Shown piece after piece: positions 40,794-50,874 of a stretch of DNA of 64,000 bases (position 1 is its first letter; the number at the start of each line of letters is the position of its first letter). The notes beneath the pieces were generated by a model. The model searched no databases and was not told where the DNA came from. It saw only the letters and a program-made list of their open reading frames with translations. This DNA is from Candidatus Parcubacteria bacterium (GTDB lineage: Bacteria > Patescibacteriota > Patescibacteriia > Patescibacteriales > UBA12075): assembly GCA_023142915.1 (NCBI GenBank), contig JAGLIO010000001.1, positions 126 through 64,125 of the forward strand, written 5' to 3'. The position numbers and the translations under genes are program-made.

Positions 40794-40973
40794 CTACTTC
40801 TTCCAATCCTTAACAATAAACCCCTTCCGTCGCCTGTCAGGCTCAACAACCAATTTCTGTTTTTCTTTCCAGCCAAGTTCAGGTACATAATCAATAGGCA
40901 AAGTAATGGCGTAAGTCGCGCCATCTCCCACCTTGGCTAGTTTTCTTATATTTCTTTTGTGTGTTTTTTTCAT
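40794..40973 (-). CDS. AbrB/MazE/SpoVT-family DNA-binding protein
   Basis: NIRKLAKVG..TYAITLPIDYV.ELGW.EKQKLVV; ATG at 40973. Confidence 0.8.
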   Translation of the reverse strand: MKKTHKRNIRKLAKVGDGATYAITLPIDYVPELGWKEKQKLVVEPDRRRKGFIVKDWKK

Positions 40974-41035
40974 AAATCTCAATCTACATAGCATGCTCCG
41001 TCCTACGGAGGCGGCTCTGTAAATTACAATAAAAT
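40972..41035 (-). repeat. 64-bp leader direct repeat, copy 1 (copy 2 at 42347-42410)
   Basis: 48/64 ungapped identity by manual alignment. Confidence 0.75.
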
Positions 41036-41049
41036 ATTAAAAATTAACA

Positions 41050-42336
41050 TTATTTTTTTGTATTTGCAATAAAATAACCGCCTGTTTTAGCGCTGCCACG
41101 ATACTCAATGTTATCATTATCACGAAATTTTTTAATATTCCGCTCAATAGTCCTTGCCGCGACATTCAATTCTTTTGCAATATTTTTTGAATTAATGCCT
41201 GGATTTTCTTTAATAAGCTCAAGAATATTATTTACACCGCCATTTACACCGCCATTTACACCGCCATTTACACCGCCATTTACACCGCCATTCTTATAAA
41301 AAGTCGTTACTAATGCTCCGCCCCGATGCTTAAATTTCGGTTCAGGATTATTGTTTTCACGGCACCATTGGCGCATTCGATGAAAACCGGTTCCCCAATT
41401 TTCAATCAATCCTGTATGATGAAAAATCCGCATAAGCAGATTATTGCGTGGCACGCTCCGTCCTTCCTTGTACACATTGTCAATATCAATCGCTTTTGGC
41501 AATAATCCGGGACTCCAAATTTCCAACCTATTATCAAAAATTCTAATTTGCACATTGCCGGAATCCGTATAATCGCGATGCACCAACGCGTTAAGCACTG
41601 ATTCGCGAAGAGCTCCTAGTGGATAATCCCAAATTTCATCATGTTGCGGCTTGCCTGAAATTTTAATTTGTTTATTAATATGACGGCGAATAAACGCCAT
41701 AATAGCATCCGGCGCCAAAAGCAATGGTCCGTCAAATTCCTGCTCATCAATAAAATCCACCGGTGTTACCCCTTTGAACAGCGCGGCTTTAGCAATTGCA
41801 TTATGACAAAGTGTATTTTTTTGCGCAAAACACCAATATGCGGCATTTGTGACAGTTCCACTCGCGTACTCTGGAAATTTTTCAACTAACGATTTATCAA
41901 AAATTGATTTGGACACCAGCTTTTTAAACTTTTGCTCATCTACGTCCGGCAATGTATATTTCTTGATAAGGGAGCGAACTTCGGTTGTTGAAAGTTTTTG
42001 TGTTGTTTTTCCTACTCGCGTATATGCCCGTTCAAACGCGAATACAGGCTTATTATCTGATGATACAATCGTGATTTCCACAATTTCGCCAAGACCGAAT
42101 GTTTTTACATTAATTGACGGATATAGCACAGGGTCTGTATTTGCTTTAATTTTATTGGCAAAATCTTCAATAGCGCCTTTGCCAATTTTCATGCCCAATG
42201 GCTGCCCTGTGTCATCAAGCCCGATAATAATATTGCCGCCTTGCGCATTTGCAAAACCGACAAGTGTCTTAATAATTTCTTTCCACTCGCCAAAAGATGA
42301 TTTTAATTCTAGTTTTTCAGATTCTTTGTATTGCAT
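41050..42336 (-). CDS. AlbA_2/Schlafen - HATPase_c_4 - wHTH protein (often annotated RecG-like or transcriptional regulator)
   Basis: ESEKLELKS..FANAQGGNIIIG, RESVLNALVHRDY, SPG, RN..L, IENWGTG, C-terminal HTH..GSAKTGG. Confidence 0.85.
   Translation of the reverse strand: MQYKESEKLELKSSFGEWKEIIKTLVGFANAQGGNIIIGLDDTGQPLGMKIGKGAIEDFANKIKANTDPVLYPSINVKTFGLGEIVEITIVSSDNKPVFAFERAYTRVGKTTQKLSTTEVRSLIKKYTLPDVDEQKFKKLVSKSIFDKSLVEKFPEYASGTVTNAAYWCFAQKNTLCHNAIAKAALFKGVTPVDFIDEQEFDGPLLLAPDAIMAFIRRHINKQIKISGKPQHDEIWDYPLGALRESVLNALVHRDYTDSGNVQIRIFDNRLEIWSPGLLPKAIDIDNVYKEGRSVPRNNLLMRIFHHTGLIENWGTGFHRMRQWCRENNNPEPKFKHRGGALVTTFYKNGGVNGGVNGGVNGGVNGGVNNILELIKENPGINSKNIAKELNVAARTIERNIKKFRDNDNIEYRGSAKTGGYFIANTKK
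41230..41292. repeat. 12-bp tandem repeat x5 (ATTTACACCGCC; encodes GGVN)
   Basis: Five exact copies read directly. Confidence 0.97.
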
Positions 42337-42346
42337 GAATATTTTT

Positions 42347-42410
42347 ATAAATTTCAATCCGTAGAAAATGCTCCGTTCTACAAAAGCAACTCTGTAGATT
42401 ATTATAAAAT
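42347..42410 (-). repeat. 64-bp leader direct repeat, copy 2
   Basis: Aligns with 40972-41035. Confidence 0.75.
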
Positions 42411-42477
42411 TATTTTAATATTATTCTTATTTTTCTATATATCCATAATAACACAAAATCTATTAACTTTAAAGAAA

Positions 42478-42513
42478 ATAACGCCAGCTGGTATTAAACC
42501 AACTGGCGTTTTT
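42478..42513. terminator. Intrinsic terminator
   Basis: AACGCCAGcTGGT-atta-ACCAaCTGGCGTT hairpin downstream of the FN3 gene. Confidence 0.6.
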
Positions 42514-42533
42514 AATATTGAAAAATTATTAAA

Positions 42534-43556
42534 CTACTCTCCTTGTTCTGTTGGAGCGTAGTTTGGGTTATTTGTAACCAATATCTTATCAAGCTTAGTC
42601 CACCTCTCTCTTTGCTTGACAATAAGTGTATGCTCTCCAGCGTCTAAATAAAAAATGATCGGATCACCGTTGCTTGCGCTGCCTGCTTGATCCCAACCCC
42701 AGATATTATAATACCCAGGAACAACATCCCAGCGAATGTCTTCGCCGTAGTCCATGGAAACATAAAAAGAATCTCCGTATTCGCTGGTAGCTATTGCAAG
42801 TCCCCAGACGATATAATTACCTGGTGATGCTACATCAAATATATATTCTGCGTAGCCGCCGCTGGCCGAGCTGTCAGGCATTACAATATATCTGCCTGAA
42901 GATGCTGTGGAATCCGAGGTTGCTACCATTGGATGTTGAATATAACCAGATTCTGCTTCAAAATAAATCTTCTCCGCAACCGGCATATCCTCCGCATCCC
43001 CAGCATCATATCCGCCATAATACTCAGTCCCATCGGAAAACCCATCACCGTCAGAATCAAAATCCAACAGATTGATAACTCCGTCGCCGTCAATATCTTC
43101 GCACCATTGACTGCCCCAATAAGACAACTCTGTTCCATCGTCAATTCCGTCTCTATCAGTATCGGAGTTGTTTGGGTCGGTTCCGTAAATAGTGATTTCA
43201 TCACTATCACAGACACAGTCTTCGTCGGTGTCAACTGAAAGTCTATAAAAAACTTCGTTAGAGTTGCAACTTTCAATACCACCATTCACGGCCCTGACAA
43301 TAAAGTAATAAGCAGTGCCGTTATTTAAATTGTAAATTGTGCATGTCGTTTCGCTCCCTTCCCATGCCGGCGTTGTATAACTGCCATCATTATCATGGTA
43401 ATATAGTCTATAACTGTCGGATTCCAAAACGGAATCCCAGGCAAATGTCAGATCTACCGCATTAACATGGCTGATAAAAAAGCATGACGATAAAAAAACA
43501 GTTATCGGCACAAACAGCAAAAGTATTTTTTTCATTACTACCAAAAAAATTTTCAT
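42534..43556 (-). CDS. Secreted fibronectin type III protein with Ca-binding DxDxDG repeats and a CBM-like C-terminal domain
   Basis: TFAWD..YRLYY..YYFIVRAVN..ES..SNEV; DTDRDGIDDG and DSDGDGFSDG; FEAE..YAEY..LDAGEHTL..LDKI. Confidence 0.8.
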   Translation of the reverse strand: MKIFLVVMKKILLLFVPITVFLSSCFFISHVNAVDLTFAWDSVLESDSYRLYYHDNDGSYTTPAWEGSETTCTIYNLNNGTAYYFIVRAVNGGIESCNSNEVFYRLSVDTDEDCVCDSDEITIYGTDPNNSDTDRDGIDDGTELSYWGSQWCEDIDGDGVINLLDFDSDGDGFSDGTEYYGGYDAGDAEDMPVAEKIYFEAESGYIQHPMVATSDSTASSGRYIVMPDSSASGGYAEYIFDVASPGNYIVWGLAIATSEYGDSFYVSMDYGEDIRWDVVPGYYNIWGWDQAGSASNGDPIIFYLDAGEHTLIVKQRERWTKLDKILVTNNPNYAPTEQGE

Positions 43557-43868
43557 TTTAATCCCCCTTTTCTGTATGTTTTTATATGTTTAATCGCAAA
43601 GATTCACACCGGCGATTTTTTGCCGGACAAGAACAATAAATTGTAAAGAACTATACTTTTATTTTTATCTTCTATTTTAATAAATTTACAAAAATTGCTT
43701 ATTAATATTAGATAAATATCAAATGTATGTACTTAAACATCAAAAAAGTATAGCACAATGTTATATTTTTGTCAAATTTTTTACTAATATAACAGTCTTG
43801 AACTATGATTTTTTATTAGTATAATAAAATTATATCACTTAGGCTGACAAATGGCAAAGACAGATTAC

Positions 43869-43916
43869 TGGACACAAAAACAAAAACACTGCAATTCTCA
43901 TTGTGGCGTTTTTGTA
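43869..43916. terminator. Intrinsic terminator
   Basis: ACAAAAACACTGCAAT..ATTGTGGCGTTTTTGT hairpin right after the anti-sigma stop. Confidence 0.55.
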
Positions 43917-43918
43917 TT

Positions 43919-44926
43919 CTATTTTTTCTTATTTGATTTCTCCGGTTTACTATTATTATTTTTCTTTTCCTTTAAAAAATATTTGGCATTATTAGTAAGC
44001 GCCTCAGTTGTATTTATGATGCCTTTGGCGGCATTGATATTATTTTTTTCAATCGCGTCTTTGGCTTTTTTAATTTTTTTCTCAAGGTGTTTATTTAAAA
44101 TTTTAACATCCTGCCTAAGGTAGCCATTATTTTCTAAATCATCATTTAATTTTTTAATTTCATCCTGAATTGTATTAATGGTTTGTTTAATATCATTGTT
44201 TTGCAAACTTGCGCTTGAAGCCGTAATATCTTGCGATTCAAAGCGCGGTTTATTATTAATATTTTTTTTCTTTTCCTTGTTTGGCTGTGTTTTTTTTACT
44301 GCCTCCAAAGTCTCTGCCACAACATCCAAAATCTCCTCTTCCGCTTTAATGCCGACAGTATTTGCAATTTGCGTTAAAGTTTGAATTTCTTTAATTTCTT
44401 TTTCTTTGTTTTTAGACGTATTTTTATCCGCAAAATTTTGCGACCATACTTCTTGTTTTTTTATTGCTTTTATTTCTTCTTCCAGCTCTTCTCTTAATTT
44501 CATAGCTTCGTTAATTGTTTCCACTAATGCCAAATTGTATTTTTTTGAACCTGTATTTTGACTCAAAATTTCCGCTTCATTAAGGCGTCTTACTATAAGC
44601 TTTTCCTGTTTTTCCTGTTTTTCTTTTTCTGAAAATACCAAAGCCAACTCAACTTTTTCAACCGTTTTTTTTACTCCATATAAATAATGAACAGCTGTTA
44701 TATTTTCATTCGCGTAAGCATATCCCGGAATTCCCACAATCAAACTAATCAAAACAAGCGCCGCTGCTAACGGCGGCAAATGTCTTTTAAAACTAAAATA
44801 CTGAACATACATATCAACCTTTTTCTGCCACATTGCCCTATAAAATTTAAATCTTAATAAGTAATCGGCGCGCATGTCCAGCTTTTTCTTTGGCAGATTA
44901 TTTAATTGTTTTTCTAAATTATCCAT
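43919..44926 (-). CDS. Putative anti-sigma factor with a DUF5667-like domain
   Basis: Short cytoplasmic N-terminus, single TM, LYGVKKTVEKVEL..RRLNEA; directly after the ECF sigma. Confidence 0.7.
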   Translation of the reverse strand: MDNLEKQLNNLPKKKLDMRADYLLRFKFYRAMWQKKVDMYVQYFSFKRHLPPLAAALVLISLIVGIPGYAYANENITAVHYLYGVKKTVEKVELALVFSEKEKQEKQEKLIVRRLNEAEILSQNTGSKKYNLALVETINEAMKLREELEEEIKAIKKQEVWSQNFADKNTSKNKEKEIKEIQTLTQIANTVGIKAEEEILDVVAETLEAVKKTQPNKEKKKNINNKPRFESQDITASSASLQNNDIKQTINTIQDEIKKLNDDLENNGYLRQDVKILNKHLEKKIKKAKDAIEKNNINAAKGIINTTEALTNNAKYFLKEKKNNNSKPEKSNKKK

Positions 44927-44928
44927 AA

Positions 44929-45411
44929 TTATTTTAACTTTTTTCTTAAGATAACAAGGGCTCTTGAAATTTGCGTTCTAACAGCACCTTCGTTTCTTTT
45001 GGTGATTTGCGCTATTTCAGAATTGGTAAGCTGATCAATAAACTTAAGCAATAATATTTCCTTACTGTATTCATCAAATGTATGTATCAATCTGATTATT
45101 TTTTCAATCTCAATTTTTGCTTCAATGCGCGCCTTTTCTTCAAATTTTATATTTTCCGCAAAGTTTAAATTTATTTCCCTGCCAAGCGTTCTGTAATAAT
45201 TCAAAAGGCAATTTTTAGCTATGGCATATATCCATGGCTGAAACTTTTTTTCCCTGTCAAAAGCATCAAATTTATCAAACGCCCTTAAAAAGGCCTCTGA
45301 ACAAAGATCTTCCGCTGTTTCTTCATTAAAATTGACCCTATACCAAAAATAGTTATAAATTTTATCTTTGTATTTTTTGTATTTTTTAATAAAAATTCTA
45401 TCTTGAGCCAT
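44929..45411 (-). CDS. ECF RNA polymerase sigma factor
   Basis: AEDLCSEAFLRA, FQPWIYAIAKN, EIAQI..EGAVRTQISRA. Confidence 0.93.
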   Translation of the reverse strand: MAQDRIFIKKYKKYKDKIYNYFWYRVNFNEETAEDLCSEAFLRAFDKFDAFDREKKFQPWIYAIAKNCLLNYYRTLGREINLNFAENIKFEEKARIEAKIEIEKIIRLIHTFDEYSKEILLLKFIDQLTNSEIAQITKRNEGAVRTQISRALVILRKKLK

Positions 45412-45481
45412 GTTTTCTCTTAGGTTAAAAATTCATATTACTTTAACCCAAAAGCCATAATTTTGCAAGCAGTATGTAGTA

Positions 45482-46660
45482 TTATTTCTTTTTCCCTTTT
45501 GCTTTGCCGTTATTACTATTGCTTTTTCCGTTATTACCATTATTGTTTTTATATTTATTTGCGTTTGCGCTCATAATTTGCCCTTTTTCTCTGCCAGTTA
45601 TTTCCCCATGGCTTTTAAGCCAATTTGTGTAATGAGCCAAGCAGCTTACAAAACCGCCATGGTTGCTGAAAGAATTTCCAAAAGGATCGCATCCGATAAA
45701 AATATCATCATCCCCGTCTCCATTATCAATGCAATCCGTATCAATATTTCCATCACAATTATTATCAATTCCATCCAAACAAACTTCATCCGCATCAGGG
45801 TTAATACTGGAGTCAGCATCATCGCAATCCGTGTTATCAAGAACATATCCCGTGGGTTGAGTCGTGGAACTTATTGAATCCGTTGGATTTCCGTATCCGT
45901 CTTCGTCCTCGTCTGAATAGTATGTTATTTCCACGGAAGCGCATGTTTCATCTCCTCCGCTGCAATCATTATCAATACCGTCTCCGCAAATTTCAGTTGC
46001 TCCCGGGCTGGTTGTGGCGCTGGAATCATCGCAATCCGTGTTATCTTCAACATATCCTGTTGGTTCTGTTGTGGAACTTATTGAATACGCCGGATTTCCG
46101 TATCCATCTCCGTCCGCATCTAAGTAATATGTCCATACACATGCTTCATCTCCTCCGACACAATCATTATCAATACCGTCTCCGCAAATTTCGTCTTCTC
46201 CAGGATTAATACTAGCGTTGGAATCATCACAGTCTGTATTATCTTCAACATATCCTGTTGGTTCTGTTGTGGAACTTATTGAATACGCCGATTTTCCGTA
46301 CCCATCTCCGTCCGCATCTAAGTAATATGTCCATACACATGCTTCATCTCCTCCGACACAATCATTGTCAATACCGTCTCCGCAAATTTCAGTTGCCTCA
46401 GGGCTTGTTGTGGCGCTGGAATCATCGCAATCCAGATTATTAGAAGCATAATTTAATGGCGCGGAACATGCGGCAGTAGAAGTGGCCGAACTATCGCCAA
46501 AACCGTCGCCATCTTCGTCAATATAAAAATCTATATATTGACCATTACAAGTATCGTATTCAAAACCATCGGCTTTTACAGCCATAATTGTGCCTGCGCC
46601 CACGCAAATAGCAAGCACTACAAGCACTACATTAATAAATAATTGTTTGGATTTTAACAT
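45482..46660 (-). CDS. Secreted protein with MopE-type putative metal-binding repeats
   Basis: Four units YxDxDGDGYG...DCDD...PGA.EIC.DGIDNDC; near-identical DNA repeats with ~198-bp period. Confidence 0.88.
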   Translation of the reverse strand: MLKSKQLFINVVLVVLAICVGAGTIMAVKADGFEYDTCNGQYIDFYIDEDGDGFGDSSATSTAACSAPLNYASNNLDCDDSSATTSPEATEICGDGIDNDCVGGDEACVWTYYLDADGDGYGKSAYSISSTTEPTGYVEDNTDCDDSNASINPGEDEICGDGIDNDCVGGDEACVWTYYLDADGDGYGNPAYSISSTTEPTGYVEDNTDCDDSSATTSPGATEICGDGIDNDCSGGDETCASVEITYYSDEDEDGYGNPTDSISSTTQPTGYVLDNTDCDDADSSINPDADEVCLDGIDNNCDGNIDTDCIDNGDGDDDIFIGCDPFGNSFSNHGGFVSCLAHYTNWLKSHGEITGREKGQIMSANANKYKNNNGNNGKSNSNNGKAKGKKK

Positions 46661-46787
46661 AAAATTTGAATAATTCTGCTAATTTCAAAGCAAAATTAAA
46701 TTTAATTATTAAATAGAATAATATCTTATACTATATAATAAACACGAGAACTGAATTTGTTACATGGGTTTGTATGGATTTGGCAAA

Positions 46788-46820
46788 ACAAAAATACCGC
46801 GAAATAAACGGTATTTTTGT
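46788..46820. terminator. Intrinsic terminator
   Basis: ACAAAAATACCG-cgaaataaa-CGGTATTTTTGT. Confidence 0.7.
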
Positions 46821-46902
46821 ACAATTTTAAATTAATCTATATCTATTGAAGTAATATTTATTTTAATTTTTTTATATTAAACATTGCGCCATATTCAACT
46901 AT

Positions 46903-48276
46903 TTACTTACCATCCCCAATCCTCTTAGTCCCGACTGAATACCAGTCAATTTTGCGGGATATATACATGATTGCCGCCAGCACGAAGAATAGTCCAACGC
47001 TGCCAAATAAGAGAGCATAATCTTCCAGTTGGATAATGGTGTAAATAAAAATATAAATCGCAATTAGTATTCCGCTCTGAACAAGCGTAAGACGCGTATT
47101 TTTAAATATTGTTTTTGTGTACAGGGTTATCATTAACACGGTACTTACGGAAGATATTAAATAAGCCAGATTAAAATTCAAATGCTCGGTAATGGATATG
47201 AGCAATGAGAAAAACAGCACCAAAGACAGACCGACCAAAATATATTGAATAGGATGAATTTGAATCCTGTTAAGAACTTCAACAAAAAAGAATGCTATGA
47301 ATGTTAAAGCGATAAACATAATCGCGTATTTAACCGCGCGCGTATTCTTTTGATATTCATCCACTACAACAACCATGCGGGCGCCAAATGAATAATTATG
47401 AATATTTTGTTTAGGATTCCCGTCCCAAACCTGCGGATAATCCCGATTCAACTCCAGCACCTTCCACTTAGCCTCAAATCCCGTGTCAGTAATATTTCTT
47501 TCGTCAGGCAGAAACGAACCGTCAAAACTTGGCGACGGCCAGTCTGACACTAGACTAACATTTGTTTCTCTGCCAAGGGGTAAAAACGCAATGCTATCGC
47601 TGCCGTTTACATCAATATCAAACGAAAAATTATAAGTCTTGCCTTTCTCATTCGCGCTAACAGGCGCTGGAACGTTTAAACCTGAACCTTTAAGCGCTAA
47701 TCCGATTTCATCAGTTTTATAGCCCGGCTTAAAATCGTATTTCTCTCCGTTCCAATCAAATTCCGAGTTTCCCTGCAAAGCTTTTACATCAGACAAACTA
47801 AATGAAACATGTGCTTCCTTCCAGTTAATTACCGCGTTTTCGTCCGGCATATTTGATGCGGAAAAATCAGGGAAAATAAATTCACCGTCAACTTCAATCT
47901 TTGAATTATAAACCGTAATTTCATAAATTCCGCGCTTAAGAAGATCCGTAGATATATCGCCGTTAAAATTCAATTTCTCAGGCAAAAAACTGATGTAAGA
48001 AGTATTAACAACTTCTTGTGCTTTTGTTTCGCCATCCTTGGTTTTAGTTACAATCTCATCGGTAATCGTATAAGGGATAGTCAATACGGGACCGGCGATT
48101 ACTTGCTTATTTCCCCATTTATTATTCACTTCCATGGTCGCCTTGCTTTCTCTCATGGATCGCTCATTAATCAAATTCTTTATCATACCGGTAGGAATCA
48201 ACAAAAGCATAGCCAATACGCCTATTGCAAACATCTTTATTAAAATAGAGCTGCGAACAGAATTTTTTAAAGCCAT
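46903..48276 (-). CDS. creD: Cell envelope integrity inner-membrane protein CreD
   Basis: LLIP..LI.ER, W...Q.I.GP, RGIY, S.WPSPSFDG.FLP, RAVKY, IHPIQY.LVG, LLISITEH, SRKIDWY. Confidence 0.93.
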   Translation of the reverse strand: MALKNSVRSSILIKMFAIGVLAMLLLIPTGMIKNLINERSMRESKATMEVNNKWGNKQVIAGPVLTIPYTITDEIVTKTKDGETKAQEVVNTSYISFLPEKLNFNGDISTDLLKRGIYEITVYNSKIEVDGEFIFPDFSASNMPDENAVINWKEAHVSFSLSDVKALQGNSEFDWNGEKYDFKPGYKTDEIGLALKGSGLNVPAPVSANEKGKTYNFSFDIDVNGSDSIAFLPLGRETNVSLVSDWPSPSFDGSFLPDERNITDTGFEAKWKVLELNRDYPQVWDGNPKQNIHNYSFGARMVVVVDEYQKNTRAVKYAIMFIALTFIAFFFVEVLNRIQIHPIQYILVGLSLVLFFSLLISITEHLNFNLAYLISSVSTVLMITLYTKTIFKNTRLTLVQSGILIAIYIFIYTIIQLEDYALLFGSVGLFFVLAAIMYISRKIDWYSVGTKRIGDGK

Positions 48277-48429
48277 ATTTTTATTTTGCCCCGAATCTGC
48301 GTTTGGCTTTGGCGAATACGGTGGCTATGAATTAATATTCAGTTAATTGATTTATTTTAATTTCTTATTCTTAAAATATAGCATTTTAAAAAAACTATTT
48401 CAATAGCCCGCGCCTACAATAGTTAAATA

Positions 48430-48458
48430 AAAAAAGCTGGAATATATCCCAGCTTTTT
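48430..48458. terminator. Intrinsic terminator
   Basis: AAAAAAGCTGG-aatatatc-CCAGCTTTTTT. Confidence 0.7.
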
Positions 48459-48552
48459 GAATTTTTATTTTATTTTTTACAACTTTATATTTTGAATTCC
48501 ACGATGCGGTAACAGATTTATAGCTCGTTCCCGCGATAAAAATTTTAGCTTG

Positions 48553-49779
48553 CTAGTTTATTGGCAATCCAAATCCAGCTTCAATATCATCTCCTGTCTG
48601 TCCATAATCCAATGTATTATTTGTATAATATTTCGCTAAATCTTGTAAGTATGCTCTTGTGTCAACTGCGGTGCCTTGCCAGTCTCTTGCCGCAATACCT
48701 GCTATATGCGGTGTTGCCATGGATGTTCCTGAAATTGAATAATAACAACCATTATTCCATGTTGATTCCACGGCTACACCTGGCGCTGCGAATTCTATTT
48801 CTCTTTCTTGTACTGTCCAATCGCCATCATTCATTCCCCTTGATGAGAAATCAGCTATCCGATCTAATGAATTGAACGCTGCTATGGCTACAACTTCCGC
48901 ATATGCTGCCGGATATATTATTGAATTTGATGCGGGACCGCTATTGCCTGCGGCCGCTATTACTAACACTCCTGAATTTACTGCTCCATCTATAGCTGAT
49001 TTCATTATACTGTCTGGCAAAGCGCCCCCCAAACTCATAGATATAATGTTTGCGCCATCAGATACCGCCTGATCAATTGCGGCGGCGATATCATCTGAAT
49101 AACCTCTGCCATTATCTTTTAAAACTTTATACGCCATTAATTTTGCTTCTGGCGCTACGCCAAGTATGCCAAGTCCATCAATTCCGCCATCTGCCAAAAT
49201 TGTTCCTGCTACATGAGTGCCATGTCCATTACCGTCATTGCAAGCATTATTGGCCACTCTTGGATATCTTGTAAAGTCCATACAAATCGCCATCCTTTCG
49301 GTTAAATCCAAATGATCCTTATAAACCCCTGTATCTAAAACTGCTACTTTAATATCAGCACCCCCAGAACCGCCGTTTACTTTTATTATTCCCCATGGAG
49401 TTTGCCCTTCAGGAGTACACCTTTCAGGGGGAGCTGTAGGTTCTTCTTCGCTATTTTTACAATCCAAACAGCTAGGATTTTCTCCTTCTTCACATGTTCC
49501 GTCATAATCGCAAACTGGTCTGCCTGTAATTTCATAAATTTGCACTGGCTCAGTTTTAATAAGGCCTAATTTTTCTAATACTTTTACCCTACTGGATGCC
49601 TGAGTGGAAAAAGCGCCTGGAAACTCATGATTTACTCCCAACATTGTCTTAATGACAGAGTTGTCCGTTAAAGCATAGACTCTCTGACCTGTTTGGCTAT
49701 CTGTTGCGGCTAACGCTATCCCTGAAATAGCTAAAACGCCTACAACTAATAATCCTAAAATAATTTTTGTCTTTTTCAT
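48553..49779 (-). CDS. Secreted subtilisin-like S8 serine protease
   Basis: VAVLDTG, HGTHVAG, AAAGN, GTSMATPH; signal peptide. Confidence 0.95.
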   Translation of the reverse strand: MKKTKIILGLLVVGVLAISGIALAATDSQTGQRVYALTDNSVIKTMLGVNHEFPGAFSTQASSRVKVLEKLGLIKTEPVQIYEITGRPVCDYDGTCEEGENPSCLDCKNSEEEPTAPPERCTPEGQTPWGIIKVNGGSGGADIKVAVLDTGVYKDHLDLTERMAICMDFTRYPRVANNACNDGNGHGTHVAGTILADGGIDGLGILGVAPEAKLMAYKVLKDNGRGYSDDIAAAIDQAVSDGANIISMSLGGALPDSIMKSAIDGAVNSGVLVIAAAGNSGPASNSIIYPAAYAEVVAIAAFNSLDRIADFSSRGMNDGDWTVQEREIEFAAPGVAVESTWNNGCYYSISGTSMATPHIAGIAARDWQGTAVDTRAYLQDLAKYYTNNTLDYGQTGDDIEAGFGLPIN

Positions 49780-49831
49780 AAATTTTATTATTTAGTAAAT
49801 TATTATATAAATTTTAATAAGCCAAAAAGGA

Positions 49832-50809
49832 TTAAGGCAGCCAATCATTTTCAAAATTATCATTAGTTACGGGGGTTTGAAAATTAATTACATTAGCTGT
49901 GCCAATCGCGTGATCATAGGCTTGCTCCAATGTAATTAATAATCTTGATTCTGATTCAGTACCATAATCAAAACTTGCCTCTCCTTGCAAAATTCCTTCA
50001 TTTACAAAATAATGGCTGAATAAGCCTTCCGGCTGTTTAACTCCGTCAATATCATAAACATGCGCGCTTTCAGCTTCCAAAGCTGACATAATTAAAAGCC
50101 TTCCATCCGCCGCCAAATCATTCATTCCGCCTGCTCGACAAGTGTCAAAAATAAAAGCGATTCTTGCGGTCGCGTATCCGCTAAACCATTCCTTTAATTC
50201 TCCATCCCAGATATACTGCAATCTTTTCCCGTTATGAACAAGCAAGGCCTCGTCTATTGTTTCACTGTCATTATCATCTGCCACGCCGCTTACGCCGTGT
50301 CCGCTATAAAAAAACACTACTTCATCGTTAGCAGAGATGGCTTTATTTTTTATATCATTAATAGCCGCGTATATATTATCTCTTGTTGCATTCAAATCTT
50401 GAAAAGAATAAATTTCATCAAATTCATATACATCTTGTAATGCTTCAGACATATTCATTCCGTCCTCATCCGCAACGCAAATATCCCACCTTCTTCCCGG
50501 ATAATTGCAAATACCAATCACTATCGCGTATTTTCTTCCTATAACTTCATCGCCTAAAATTCCAGTAGCTGTCATTTCCGCGCTTACTTCTTCATATGCT
50601 TCGTCTTCATCAGCCGGAGGAGTAAAAGCAGGCTTACCCATAATATCAATTTGATCTAATGGCGCTTTAAGTTTTTTGTGAATTTTTATGTCTCTAGCTT
50701 CAAGCTGTTTGGGCGCTTTTTTATCTCCATTTTTTGCAACTATTGCTGTCGGCGCAACCATCAATAACAGAGCAAAAATTAATAGCGCGAAAGCTATACT
50801 TTTTCTCAT
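49832..50809 (-). CDS. Secreted caspase-family (C14) peptidase
   Basis: KYAIVIGI.NY, FFYSGHG, IFDTCRAGG (His-Cys dyad); signal peptide. Confidence 0.88.
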   Translation of the reverse strand: MRKSIAFALLIFALLLMVAPTAIVAKNGDKKAPKQLEARDIKIHKKLKAPLDQIDIMGKPAFTPPADEDEAYEEVSAEMTATGILGDEVIGRKYAIVIGICNYPGRRWDICVADEDGMNMSEALQDVYEFDEIYSFQDLNATRDNIYAAINDIKNKAISANDEVVFFYSGHGVSGVADDNDSETIDEALLVHNGKRLQYIWDGELKEWFSGYATARIAFIFDTCRAGGMNDLAADGRLLIMSALEAESAHVYDIDGVKQPEGLFSHYFVNEGILQGEASFDYGTESESRLLITLEQAYDHAIGTANVINFQTPVTNDNFENDWLP

Positions 50810-50874
50810 AATTCATTAATAATCAATGCTTTATCTTCAATGATTATTGGTTAATAATTAATATAACTAAATTC

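Noticed and set aside
41230-41292. Short tandem repeats (also 53897-53933) as a CRISPR array
   Set aside because: Units of 11-12 bp with no spacers and no cas genes
43590-43645. GC-richer hairpin (CCGGCGATTTTTTGCCGG) upstream of the FN3 gene as a riboswitch
   Set aside because: No recognisable aptamer consensus; a single stem is insufficient
45840-46440. Long DNA repeats as CRISPR or a mobile element
   Set aside because: In-frame coding repeats of the MopE-type protein
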